A stretch of DNA of 64,000 nt from Paragordius varius (taxonomy: Eukaryota > Animalia > Nematomorpha). The notes under the pieces are model-generated. The model did not search any database and was not told the DNA's origin. It saw only the letters and a program-made list of their open reading frames with translations. A program made the translations under genes and the position numbers. Below are positions 1-13,300 of the stretch, one piece after another; position 1 is the first letter of the stretch, and the number at the start of each line of letters is the position of its first letter. Location: contig OZ176055.1 in the NCBI GenBank assembly GCA_964247055.1, positions 1,922,001-1,986,000 of the forward strand. Reading direction: 5' to 3'.

Positions 1-400
1 TGTATCCAAATGTTAAAATATTCCGTCGCTATTTTTATTATAAAACATTTTTCCAAAAATGGTGTTTATTTAATTGTAAAGCTAAAATTAAAGCTAATAT
101 TTATTTAACCATCTAACATTTATAGAAACAGAAAAAGTGGTTTGTTTTTCATTATTTTTGAATTTAGCTAATGCACACATGTTATGTTATCTAAATTTTT
201 ACGTTTTGGGTATTACCTTAAAATAAGTAATATCAAGTATTTTAAAAGGAAATTTTTATATCTCGGTTCATTAATGTTATAAATTTTGCCATGGTTTCAA
301 TTCTTTTCATATTTTTTAAAATATTTATTAAACAGGCCTGGGGAATCCACCCAATTTGAATCAAAAAAAAAATGAATCTTTGCATCCATTAAAGTAGAGT
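1..400 (-). mobile_element. Degraded copy of the TTAA-flanked MITE family (R2)
   Basis: Shares diagnostic blocks (tgtatccaa, ttttgccatggtttc, aaacaggcctggg, cccaatttgaatc) with the intact copy at 56724-57301, in reverse orientation. Confidence 0.6.
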
Positions 401-699
401 AGAAACATGGTGTGAATCAAACTAAAATTAAGCAGTTTAAGAACTAACTTACACAAGGGTATAGGGGCATAAAATTCATGAAAACCCTAGAAAAGAGGTT
501 TGTTTCGTCAGGTCAGGCGAAAAAGAAAGAAAGGATTTCACAAAGTCCAAGTTGTTAAAAATTATTCCAACATATCACTACACTAACTCGACATAACACT
601 GATATCCCAGTATTGATAAAAGATTTATGTTTAAAATTCTACGTAGTAGGTCTGTTATATATTTGATATTAGATCTATTAATGGATTACAGCACATTAC

Positions 700-966
700 G
701 GTTAGACTGCTGAGCTTACTAACAAATGGCTTCGCGGGTCACATTTTAAATGATATTTTACGTGCGGCATTTGGAATATATATGGGCATTAACAAATATT
801 TAATTAAATTTTTGACATAATTTACAAAAGCCATTTAACATTCTTTGCTACTTTGCCAAAATTCGTAAATATCAATCAGATAATTTTTTTTACATATTTT
901 TTTTAGATTTCGTAAAATTTTGTATTTGAACTCGCGAACCGCATGCGGGCCACCCCCGGACTATAG
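700..966. mobile_element. Short hAT-like MITE remnant
   Basis: GC-rich subterminal motifs cttcgcgggtcacatttt (~730) and gcatgcgggccac (~945) resemble Charlie-type hAT ends. No clear TSD. Confidence 0.3.
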
Positions 967-1199
967 CAACATAAAAAGGCGCTGTCACGGATATCTTGAC
1001 GCTATGGTTAGAACTAAGTGTAACAAACGATTATTTTCATTTTAAATTTTTGGATTTTAAATTAAATTGAATTACCATTAAATACGTTTAATTAGTTTAA
1101 GACGAGACTGGTTAACTAGCCTTCCAAATCACATTATATAAGCATTGTTAGTAGCAACGGTAGTTATTATACTAGATATTCCTAATTTCCTGATAATAA

Positions 1200-1640
1200 G
1201 AAATTTGTAATTTACAGCTTACCACAACAATATTAACAATAATACGACCGTAGAGCCCACAGTCGTTTCAGCACCATGAAGCAGGGTAAAAATAGACATT
1301 CAGCGACCAAAGCGGGAGCACTCAGCGTTAACACTTTTATATACAGCTTATCCCATAACGATACCAGAAAAGTGGGACAGGCCCTAAGAACAGATTTATT
1401 CAAATCTAACCCTGAATTTCAACATCCTGCAAAGTACACTCCGGGAAATTTATCTATCTATTGATGTGGAAAAAAGGCGTTGCTTGGACATTTTAGCAGT
1501 CCAAGATGGCTGCAGAGATTTGGCAAGAATTTCTTGTCATACAGGCGCTTTTTACAAGTGCATACGACAAGGCGGGCACATGTTGTTATGGGTTATCAAG
1601 AAGAATAAAGTTGCTGTTTGAGGACATTAGTCCAAGAATT
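1200..1640 (-). mobile_element. RTE-like LINE reverse transcriptase C-terminal remnant
   Basis: Minus strand gives TLLHGAET (cf. LLYGxETW) just after a frameshifted AFGRL-like motif, both typical of RTE-clade RT C-termini. Many stops. Confidence 0.5.
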
Positions 1641-1937
1641 GCTAATTTGAATAGACCTGTTAAACACACAACATTCGTTATATATCAGTGCATTAACCTA
1701 TTAACTTATCTGTATACTATTATTATATTGTTATAACCTCCCCACCACTTGTGATTATTATTATACTTTGAGATAATTGTATATAAGCAAACATCTTACC
1801 TTGATATATGTGAATACATTAAACCTAATTATCGTAGATATATATATATATATAGAGATCATGATATAACGCAGTTGTTTTTGTGATATACAATATTTTG
1901 TGATATACAATAAATACCTTGCCATCCCCAAATATTA
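1641..1937 (+). repeat. Solo LTR of the gypsy family at 18561-23098
   Basis: Near-identical to LTRs 18561-18889 and 22790-23098, including the internal (TA)n and the ...ccccaaatatta end. Lacks about the first 8 bp and has no internal gag/pol next to it. Confidence 0.9.
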
Positions 1938-2039
1938 GTATTACAATTCTGTCTTTTTAAGCCTTGGCTGTGTCGGCAAGGTAAAATATTCGGAATTATA
2001 AATTTCTCTTGGTGTTATTCTGAGAGACCTAAAATCACC

Positions 2040-3260
2040 ATAAATGATGCGCGGTGATTTTAACGCTGAAGTCAATCGAGGCGAATGTAATGGTATGTTT
2101 GGATAACCAGACATTGCCAAAAATAAGCTGCTATTAACAATGGAAATCTGCTTGTAAATTTAGAAGCTTTTGCAAGACTGGAAAAAGGTCACTTGGGTGC
2201 AATTTAGTGGCAAAGGTTTTACCTACAATCGGATAACAGAAGGGAAATATCTAAGACGGATGTTGAAAATGACTTAACGGGATTTTCTAGAGATCACGGA
2301 TTAATTTTTGGGATCTTTTAGCGATAGGCACAGAACTCATTCAAGGAAGGATCACTCTTAACAGATGACCCCACTAAAAATGAGCTTTTAACCCTGTTCA
2401 CTAACAAATCTCTGTGATGGAATTTCGACAAAATGTAAGAAAGAGGAGAGGTTTATATAACGGAGAGATTAATGTAAGAGCAAGGATTTCAGAATCCTTA
2501 ACCGTCCCAACGGGATTTAATGTGTGCCTGAAGCAGAAATTTTTGATGACATCAACGCAAAAAAAACTACGAAAAGTAATCTATAGTAAAAAACCCACAC
2601 AAAGTCAAACCAACGTAAGCCTTAAACATCAATCTAACACAAGATTTACCCCCTTAAGTCAGAATGGCCAGACAAAAACGCTATGGAAATCAATCACTGT
2701 TTAGTGAACATCAATTCTAAATGTATCTTTTTGATTCTTATGCCGTGGTCAACACTCGAAACAAACGGTTGGGCACGGGTGGCGCAAAAAGCATAAAAGA
2801 GCATGTGATAATATGGAAGCATTAGCCACATAGTTGGATCAATATACAATAAAGGTTGTGATGACATCTTTGGTGAATCATTGTATGCTCTCGGTGAGGA
2901 AAGTAATGATTATCCGGACGAGACGAAATCGAACGGTCTTTGAGGAAAATGAAATTCGGAAGAAGCAGTGGAGAAGATGGTATCTGAAATTGTATCATGC
3001 GGATGGTGAAATGACCCTTGAATGCCTGAAAGGCATATATGAAAGGATATGGGAGACAAGTTGTATTCCGGAAGATAATAATTCGCAGTGATTTCTCCGA
3101 TAAAAGGGGTAAGACGATACATCCTAAATCATACCGTCCCATCTCCTTAATCATCATTGACGAGACACAGTGGCGTTTTTAACGAGATTCAGACTTTGAA
3201 CAAACAAGTTGAAGGCGATTACCAATGAGGGTTTAGGGAACAGAATCTGTGTTACATGAT
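2040..3260 (+). mobile_element. Degraded non-LTR retrotransposon (APE endonuclease + RT N-terminus, RTE-like)
   Basis: GDFNA at ~2055, NNGNLLVN at ~2137, ECLKGIYERIWETSCIPED followed by YRPISL (~3020-3150), and a GDYQxGFR-like motif at ~3212. Interrupted by stops and frameshifts. Confidence 0.65.
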
Positions 3261-3967
3261 CAGACAAGTACCCGATCCTAGTCTCCCATAGCAATGAAGT
3301 TCTCTTTCATGAATGCATTTATAGGCGGTAAAAATCTTCTCTGGTTCAACAAGCTATACCTCTGCCAAACCTCTGAACTCGCAGCTCAGTTGTCATGGGG
3401 TGGTGGGAAAAACGAAAGTTGGATCCCACTCTAGACAAAGATGGCAGCCCTGTGCTCAACCGGATCTGGAATGGTTAGTGCTAGGTAATAGTGGAACACT
3501 TAGTGTACACAAAGTTGAATGTCGAAATCTCAATGATCTTATAATTACCTGAGTTTGCTCATCCAGGAAAAATCAATTAACTTAACTCCTGTCAATAACT
3601 TAACTAATCAAACAGTTGCCTCAGTATCCTGTTCCGTAAAGGGTTGTGTGGTGAAATTTCCAAAGGAAAAAATATGAAACGACATGGTTGTTCCAAATCG
3701 TATAAAACTCTAGGGTGACACAAAAATTAACAAGGCACACGGAATATTGTTGGGAACAATCATTTCAGTCCCAAAATGTAAATCGGTAATCGTAGTCAGG
3801 TCTAATTTAACCCTATTTCGCGTGGAAAGGGTGCTTTTAAACAAGTGATGGTGAGTTTATGTGTCCCATTGGAGGATGTGGATATTAAACAGGGATAAGA
3901 GTATCTAAATCTATGTTTTTAGAGGCTTGATATGTCCCTTAGAGCCTGATTGAAAAGGAGAGAAGAG

Positions 3968-4225
3968 TGATAGATTTAATATATTAGTTAGCTAATCTTA
4001 GACTAGACAAATTATATTAGATTTGAATACATTTTTGATGACCTTTTATATTTGTAAACTATTGTATCAATTTTGTATTTAACCTGCACACGTTATTTTA
4101 GCTTGGTTTAACATGTAAATTTTATATTCACAAAAAATATATAATCACCGCTAATTTTATATAGTTTAGTTTTTGTATTTTATATCAATAAATATTCTTG
4201 CTTTACGGTTTCTCGAGTCACTACA
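3968..4225 (+). repeat. 5' LTR of element B
   Basis: tgatagattt...gagtcactaca; direct repeat of 7939-8200 at roughly 85% identity by eye. Confidence 0.9.
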
Positions 4226-4260
4226 TTTGGCGCGGTCGTTTTATATCATTACGTTCGCGC

Positions 4261-7200
4261 ATGGAGAAATTTAGACTGGAAGCATATGATCCCGCAACTA
4301 GCTTTGATGACTCTATCGATTATTTAATAGAATGTTTAAAGTGAAATTAATTCAAAGAGATGACGAAACGAAAAAAACTTGTTATTGGCCTACATCGGTC
4401 TATCCCATATTCCAAAGTTGGATTTTTATCCCGTATGTACTGTTAGAGAAAGTGGGGTGGGATGATTTGGTAGCAGTTGGGAAAAAATATTTGCTCCGAC
4501 ACAATGTGTTTGCAGCCAGGTTCCAGTTTACGCAACTCCGGAGAGGATCCACGGAATCAGTTGGATTATTTGATTCGGGTAAAGGAATGTGCTCGATGCA
4601 ACTTTGGGCAAGATGCAATGATAAGACTCAGAGATAGGTTTGTTGGAAGGTTACAACTCAAAAGATTGGAAATAGATCTGTTCACGAAATTTCTAGTTGC
4701 AATGTTTGATGGAAACCTGTTACGTTGGAGATGGTGGTAGAAATGGCAATGGCGTACGAAAAGGCGGATAGTTGTGTGATTGGACAGGGTTCTGACTATA
4801 AGCAGGTGATGATAATAAAGAAGAAGTGTGGAAAATGTGGGGACGTGCATGCGATCAACTGGTGTCCCACTTTAAACAAAGAGTGTTACCGATGCAAAGG
4901 ACGAGGTCATTTTGGCAAGTGTTGCCGGCGAGTCAATATAGTGAATGGTAACAATAATAATAATGAAGCCCGAAAGCAAGCAAGTCTGAATGGCCATTGG
5001 GTGAGGATGTTGTACGATACCGGAGCTCAAATATCATTGATTGGGAAAATCACGTGGATGGTGATTGGGAGGCCGATATTAGCACCCGCGGGTCCAATAG
5101 TTTTATTCAACCATCAAGGTGCAGAGGTGATGGGACAATGCGTGGTAGATGTTAACTGAAATGGTATGGTCAAACAGTTGGAATATATGGTTACCAGATT
5201 GGGGTAACATTGGGTTACCGTGGATGAAAAGCTTTCAATGTAGATTTCCAGACGCTGTCTGTGTAAAGAATGTTAGTTATGTGGAAAATAAATTTAAAGA
5301 TTTGTTTTGTGAGGGTATTGGGTGTTACACGGGGCCACCCATCAAGTTGTTTCTTAAAAAAGGGAGTATCCCCAAATGATTTGCAGCCAGGAGGGTACCT
5401 ATATCGCTTCAGTCTAAGGTGGAGAGTGAATTCAAGAGGCTTGAAAGTCTGGGTATCATAGAGTATATAAACCCCTCGCATACACGAATTGGCTGGGTAA
5501 TCCGTTGGTGATAGTTAAAAAGAATGATAATGATATTCGCATATGTGGTGATTTTAGAGTTACTGTTAACCCAAGTCTGGTTCCTGTCAATCATTTGATT
5601 CCAACGTTTGATCAGTTAGTGTTCAAAATCGGGCAGAAAAGTTTTTACGACCCTAGATCTAAAAGAAGCTTACTGGCCGATCCACCAAGATTATCAACAT
5701 TTACTCACGTTTAGTTTGCATATAGGTCTTTTTCGATTTAAGAGACTGCCATTTGTAATATCTAGTGCACCCACAATTTTTCAACATATTATGGATGAGT
5801 TATTAAAAGATTGTCGAGGTACGGCGGTTTACTTAGATGATATAATTGTCAGTGAAACAACGGTAATGGAGCATAAGGATACTTAGGAAAAGTTTGAACA
5901 AATTAGCTGCTATGGGTTTGAAATTAAAAAAGGATAATAGCCATTTAGCTCGTTCCTCAGTGTCATACTTAGGATATATAATTTCAGACAAAGGAATTAA
6001 TCCTGATAACGAAAAGGTAAAAGCAATTTTGAATTGACCTACACCTACCAATAAGACATCACTCCGGTCTTTTTTGGGAATGTTAAATTTTCACGCTCGT
6101 TTTATTCCGTCTTTGCATGCTACGATCGCGGATTTACATGCGCTCACAGGTTCTAAGAAATGGTGTTGGTCAACAAAAGAAGAGATGGTTTTTAATGAAG
6201 CTAAACTGTTGGTGTAGGGCATTATGTCTAATACCGTTTAACCCGAACCTTCCGTTGATGTTGTAAACAGACGCTTTGAATGACGGATTCGGACAGTCTT
6301 ATCACATATGACAAGTGATGGAAAACGGCCGATAGCTTTTGCGTCTCGAAAATGTGCGAAGGCAGAACAACATTTCTCGGTGATTGAAAAGAAGCAAGGG
6401 CAATTTTATATGCGCTAGAAAAATTTAAAATGTATGTGTATGGCAGAAAGTTCGTATTATTAACCGATCATAAACCCCTAATTAAGTTGTTTGGCTGTAA
6501 AAAAGATCTAAGTAATATTAACAATAGTAGATTAGTAAGATGGATACTCAGAACAGCCGATTATAATTTTAATATTCAATATATTAATGGTTGGAAAATT
6601 TTGCGGATTGGTTATCTCGTCTACCGCATGAAGAACCAACTGAGGAGGTTGAGGAGCAAGCACTCAGTAGGCAAATCAACTTTTTAACAACAGGCACTTA
6701 AACGTACAGCGAATTAAAGAAAATACTTTACGGAATGATTTGATGACATTAATAGCGGCTCTACATCATAATGATTGGCAATTTTAAATTCGATATTGAG
6801 CTTAAGAAACGAAATACAAGAATCATATGGTTTGTTGTATTGAAGCGATCGTCTTTTTATTCCCAGGGAGTTGCGCAATGAAACGTTAAAATTATTGCAT
6901 GTTGGAGATTCGGGGGCTAATGTAATGAAAGAGCCTGCCAAATCAGGGGTTTTGTGGCCAGGTATAAACCAAGACATCGAAAGTTATGTGAGATCTTGTA
7001 TGGGGTGTCAATTAAACCGGTGTAAAATAAAAAGCAATCCCACGTAAAAATGGAATTTTAATACGGGTATTTAGGAACGGATACATCTGGATATCGCCGG
7101 TCCTATTGATAGCTTTTATTGGTTAGTAGCTATCGATTGTAGCTCCAGATGAGTTGAAATCGAATAGCTAAGAACTGTTAATTCTGTAAACATATTACAT

Positions 7201-7600
7201 TGGTTAGAAATTTGGTGTGCAAGGTACGGGTTTCCCCGAATGATAGTTACCGATAATGCATCATATTTTACATCAAAGGATTTTAAAGATACCTTGCAAC
7301 GATCAAACATTAAGCATGTCTGCCCCCTATCATCCACGAACAAATGGGCTGGTCGAATCATTTACACTTAAAAGCACACTATAAATGGCTAACAGATTCT
7401 AAGCTGACTCCTGACAAAAAAATAAATCAAATGTTATGGGGTTATCGCTCCGCCGTACATAGCGCCACAAAAGAGTGCCAGTAAAACTTATTTCTGAAAA
7501 GAAATATAAATGCCCCTTTCTCTTGGGTTAGGGAAACACCCTCACAACAATTAGAGGACGACATCATACCCAATCAAGTTTTTACACCGAACTAAGAAGT
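4261..7600 (+). pseudogene. gag-pol pseudogene of element B
   Basis: MEKFRLEAYD start; twin zinc knuckles CGKCGDVH...CYRCKGRGHFGKCC; protease YDTGA; RT YLDDI (~5830); RNase H ...LLTDHKPL; integrase HLDIAGP and IVTDNA. Many stops and frameshifts. Confidence 0.85.
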
Positions 7601-7938
7601 GTACATAATGAATGATATCATGGGGTAGAGAAAAGGTTCAATTTGGAGAGAACAGGGGTACTCTCGTACACGGTAAAAGATGGAAATCGAACTCTTCTTA
7701 AACACGCGGATCAATTACGGCCGACCGGCGTCGAGAACGGCGGAGAGGGGGGTGATGGTGGTTTAACGATAAACCTAACGGATGAATAACAATCGGGAAG
7801 GGGGAGGAACAAAGCGAAGAAAAAGAAAACGAGAAAGACACCCGGGTTGAAATAAGAACGGAAAAGACAACTGAGAAAGAACCTGAAAGGAGATATCCTC
7901 GGGAAAGAAAAGCACTTCGGCTCGGATTCGAGGAGATA

Positions 7939-8200
7939 TGATAGATTTGAATACATTAGTTAGCTAATTTTAGACGAGACAAATTTATATAATAGATTTG
8001 CATACATATTATGACCTTTTATATTTAAATTAAACTTTTGTATCAATTTTGTATTTAACCTGCACACGTTATTATATTTTGGTTTAACATGTAAATATTA
8101 TATTTACAAAAAGTATATAAACATCGCCAATTTTATATAGTTTAGTTTCTGTATTTTCTCTCAATAAATATTGTTTTTTACTGTTTCTTGAGTCACTACA
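7939..8200 (+). repeat. 3' LTR of element B
   Basis: tgatagattt...gagtcactaca followed by the TSD AAGAG. Confidence 0.9.
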
Positions 8201-10285
8201 AAGAGGTAGAGGGAACCTTGACATAAATGATGAAGCTTAAAAAATCATTACGGTCGAGAGGACGCAAACTAAAAAACCTTTTATATATATTGCGCGTGTG
8301 TGTGTGAATAAAAGAAAAAATAATTGATTAAATTGTCAAAAAAATATGAGAAAGCTGAGCGAATCTCATAGTCGACAGGTTGGAAAGTTGCAGTTAGTTT
8401 TGTGATATCGAATCGTAATGGATTACAACCGTTTCATAAGAGGCGTATGACTGATTGCCAGAGTTACCTCAGAGACAATTAAAAAGCGTTCTACCCTCTG
8501 CCACAAACAGTTCAAATAAATATCTGAATCATCATTTAATACATTTTTCATTGCTTGAAAACCAATATCGCTTTTCTCCGTGAGAATACATGAACTATAT
8601 AAAAACCTTCACCTACGATCTGTGTAACATAAATGCTATTTTAATGATCATTATTAAGGTTAACTGATAATATATGTCGTGAGTCGATTCTATAAATATA
8701 TGGTTACTTTTTATCCGTTTCTATCTCTGATTAGGTCTCCCAGGTCATTATTTGAAACGTGTTACATTCTGCGCACAATTAATGGTCAATATTGTATATA
8801 TATGGTTATTTATTTATTAGGAAAATCTTTTTTAAATCCATATTTTATTTGCTTAAATACAAAAAGGATATTAGTAGTTTTTTGAACAATAAGTAATTTG
8901 ACATATATTAACACCTCATTATCAATTTGCTTACCAGACGTTGCTGCTAAAATCGGTAAGGACGTTAAATCTTTTCATACTAGTATCAGTGCAAAAACAA
9001 CTTCTTGCTTTTGCTCGATGTAATGCCCAACTCTTAAGCACATAAAAATGGGATAAAATTCAAATATAAGGATATTCATGGAATCCGATGGAATATAAAA
9101 CATATAGGTTTTATATTTTATTTAAAAAGTGTTGCTACGTTCAGACTTAAAAGTATAATATATGTGCGATTTCGACTCTATATTTTTAAAATTACCTTTA
9201 ATTGTTTGATAATTTTCAACAAACAACGCTTTCTAGGGTTTTCAAAAACTTGATCACATATATTAATACAATTTAGAGTGTTTGCTCCCACAAGGCTCAA
9301 TATTAAAAATATTTTGTTAAAATTAATTCTTAATACAATAAAATTATATCCTGTGTTAAACCAAAAGAGTTCTTTTTTTAGGTTTTACCTAGATTTTAAA
9401 TTTTACATGCTAAAACAGTAAATTAAATAGGGATTTTAAAATGAATAATGCCGCCAAATTTAAAGTAATTGATTTAATATTGTTTTTAAAATTATAGTGA
9501 TGATAATCCATTACAGAAATTTTGTAAGCAAAATATATGAATATTTTAATATTTTTTGCCATGATAATTTATAATTTGGCCCAATATTATTGTAATTTTT
9601 AATATTTAATTTAATTAAATTGTTCTGACTTAGAAAATACAAAAGTAATGAGTCTTTAATTCTAATAATAAATATAATAATACTCGTATTTTTGATATTT
9701 TATCGTAAATTAAGTTTAAATTTCATAAAGCTAAGAAATATAAAAATTCGCTTTTGCCAAATTACGATAGTTATGACAAAACTGAGGACACCACAATATC
9801 AGGGAAAACATTGTATTATTTAAAGTTTTTAATCATTTTAAAATATTACTTATTTGTTACCTTCGGTCACATTTTTTCTTTTAGTAAAGGTATAAAACTT
9901 TTTTAGTGCCAAAATGTGAGTGAGTTTAATATATATTATTTAATATATTATGATTAATTCGAATAAAAAAGTAATTGGCTAACTGTGTATACAATTTTGA
10001 GGTGACAAAATATTACCTTTCTACATCTATTTTCGTCATCAAAAATAAAAAATATTATTTCACTTTTATGGTAATGATGGGATAGTCCACAAATGTCACA
10101 CACAGAGTCCAATTATCGGTGCCAATAATCGTTTTTGCTTAGATATTTCGATGAGATCGACCTTGAACCAACGTTATAATTTTATGAGTTGAAGTCTCTT
10201 TTGTATCCTATTCAATGTTTGTGCCAAATAAATTTTGAAAACACCTTATTTATCAAATAAATTAGAAAGTTGATGGTTGGAAACG

Positions 10286-10293
10286 TATATAAA
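10286..10293 (+). promoter_or_regulatory. Possible TATA box of the Gly-rich gene
   Basis: TATATAAA ~90 bp upstream of the predicted ATG at 10380, with an Inr-like TCATTT at 10325. Weak evidence in AT-rich DNA. Confidence 0.25.
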
Positions 10294-10379
10294 TAGAATA
10301 AAATTACTAATAAAATTATTTTTATCATTTTATTGGTGATTAATTCTTCTATCTTATTGGATAATATTTTTTGATAATA

Positions 10380-13300
10380 ATGGGACGACAAGCATCTTTT
10401 TGGTGCGTTGGAGTATTGTTGGTGCTAGTTTTAGTTCAACACACCATGCAGCAAGGTAATATTTATATAACTATGTTAAATAAATAACAAAAACTAGAAA
10501 AAATATATATGCAAAGATTTCCCCCGTAATCATTTTTAAAATAAGTTTCAATACATCTCCAACTTGCTCAAATATTTGGCCAAATCACTGTTTTATGTTA
10601 AAAGGTATGCATATTAGCTGTTTTTTCTTGTGAGTACCAAACAAATCAATTAAAATCGGGCTGAGAGATCATCTTTAACATCATTATGGTGTAGAATGGA
10701 TGCATTGTATTTATTGATCATTTTTATAATCAATATTTGTTTGAAAATATCATGATAGTTTATTATGTGGGGATCGATTTTAATCCTTTCTTACATAAAT
10801 TGATTACTTATTGCGTTTTTTATTCTGTAACATCCATTTAATTAGAAATTTTGGTAAAATAATAAGTTTAAATCTCTTTGTTAATATTTAAAATAATCAT
10901 AGCACTATTTATTTGATAATTACATCATATATGTAACAGATTGTATTTTAACATTATAAACATTCAAAATAATAAAGAAATTAAAATAATTATAAATGAC
11001 ATATATCCAAAAAAATATATAATAATTTTCTGGATAAGCTCTTGTACATTTTGAGACCAATTTTTATAGAGTTAATTATGGGCCAGAATTAAAAATTAAA
11101 TTGGGGTTCAAGCGCCATATTAAGGAAATAAATGCAAGAAACTAAAAAATATAATAGCCTTCTCAGTATTTAGGTTATAACCTTTTCTAAAATGCAAAAT
11201 GCTTTAAAATGTTACCATATGTTTGTATTAATAAAGAAACAGAAAACTAAAACAGTGGAAGTAATTAAAAAAAATATGTTTAAATAAAGCCGTTTTTGTG
11301 GTATGTTAAATTTTAATATCATATCATCTATGATTAGGAAGCTTTTTAAAAAAAGTTTAACCAACGCTTTTATATATTTTATATTTTCTTTCGCTATTAA
11401 GCTTGTCATATCTAATACAAATTAAAGTGCAGACACCCATGAAGAAATTTTAGGAATTTATCAAAAATTAAAATCTGCAGGTAAAATTATGGTTATCATA
11501 TGTTAAACATACATCATACCATATAATAAATAATTATCTATACGCCAGTTATGAAAAACTAATATCAAAGCTTTCTGTTATAGTTTATTTAACATCTCTA
11601 GGCATCTCTGCATCAAAAAATATTTAACGAATTTTTTGAAACTAAAAACCAAAATATAAAATAGACTTATCTTTATTTTATCGTTGATTTGGCAATCTTA
11701 TCGGGTTATTTAATGGTCTATTATGTTAATAATTAACACCACAAAAACTATTATAATTAATATTTGTTTTTTATAATTATATAACATTATATAATTTTAC
11801 ATCTGGTTAAAATAATTTATAGATAATAAAAATAATTTCATCTCAACCATTTTTAACTTTGATGCAATGCCCCTTTATGGGCTGCCTATGATCAAATATT
11901 TGATATAATCGATTAAATACCGACGGAATCTGAGTTGGATGTATTATTTTTCAATAGTTATCTGTAGTATCAGACTGTTAGTAGATATAAACAATGGGGC
12001 AAAGGAGCAAGAAAAGAAAATATTATATTCAAAATAATTATGATTTTCTACTATATTTGTTTGAAAACAATAGGGATTCTTGTATTACCAATTAATTGAC
12101 CACTAATTTGTGTATAACAGGATCTGGTGGTGGAGCAAATGCCGGTGGCTGCGGTGGATCCGGTGGGGGAGGAGGTTGTAGTAGCGGCTCTGGTGGCAGT
12201 GGGGGAAGCCGCGGTGGTGGAGGCTCTGGTGGTGGTGGTGGTGGAGGAGGCTCCGGTGGAGGAGGCTCTGGTGGTGGTGGTGGTGGAGGAGGCTCCGGTG
12301 GAGGAGGCTCTGGTGGTGGGGGAGGAGGAGGCTCCGGTGGAGGAGGCTCTGGTGGTGGGGGAGGAGGAGGCTCTGGTGGTGGTCGTGGTGGTGGAGGCTC
12401 TGGAGGAGGTGGTGGAGGAGGCTCTGGTGGTGGTGGTGGAGGCTCTGGAGGAGGTGGTGGAGGAGGCTCTGGTGGTGGTGGTGGTGGTGGAGGCTCTGGG
12501 GGAGGTGGTGGAGGAGGCTCTGGTGGTGGTGGAGGAGGCTCTGGTGGTGGTGGTGGAGGCTCTGGAGGCGGTGGTGGAGGAGGCTCTGGTGGTGGTCGTG
12601 GTGGTGGAGGCTCCGGGGGAGGTGGTGGAGGAGGCTCTGGTAGTGGTGGTGGAGGAGGAGGAGGATCTGGAGGTGGTGGAGGAGGAGGAGGATCTGGAGG
12701 TGGTGGCGGAGGTGGTGGAGGAGGGTCTGGAAATGGTGGTGGCGGCGGAGGATCCGGTGGTGGCGGAGGAGGTTCGGGTGGAGGTGGTGGAGGAGGATCC
12801 AATGGTGGTGGCGGAGGAGGTTCTGGCGGAGGTGGTGGAGGAGGGTCTGGAGGTGGTGGTGGAGGATCCAATGGTGGTGGCGGAGGAGGTTCGGGTGGAG
12901 GTGGTGGAGGAGGATCCAATGGTGGTGGCGGAGGAGGTTCTGGTGGAGGTGGTGGAGGTTCTGGCGGAGGTGGTGGAGGAGGGTCTGGAGGTGGGGGTGG
13001 AGGATCCAATGGTGGTGGCGGAGGAGGTTCGGGTGGAGGTGGTGGAGGAGGATCCAATGGTGGTGGCGGAGGAGGTTCTGGCGGAGGTGGTGGAGGAGGG
13101 TCTGGAGGTGGTGGTGGAGGATCCAATGGTGGTGGTGGCGGAGGAGGTTCTGGTGGAGGTGGTGGTGGAGGTTCTGGTGGAGGTGGCGGAGGAGGTTCCG
13201 GTGGAGGTGGCGGCGGAGGATCCGGCGGAGGTGGTGGAGGATCTGGTGGCGGAGGAGGTTCCGGAGGTGGCGGTGGGAGCTCTAATAATAATGGAGGAGG

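Larger units (their letters stand above)
3968..8200 (+). mobile_element. Full-length degenerate Ty3/gypsy LTR retrotransposon, Mag-like (element B)
   Basis: LTRs 3968-4225 and 7939-8200 (TG...CA), perfect 5-bp TSD AAGAG (3963-3967 and 8201-8205), PBS tggcgcggtcg at 4228, and gag-PR-RT-RNH-IN order internally. Confidence 0.93.

Noticed and set aside
455-640. Minus-strand segment bounded by AG and GTAAGT
   Set aside because: Stops in all three frames from the obvious acceptors.
1506-1736. Two ORFs (1506-1736 and 22585-22893) sharing an identical hydrophobic C-terminus
   Set aside because: Both simply run into the same LTR sequence; not a gene family.
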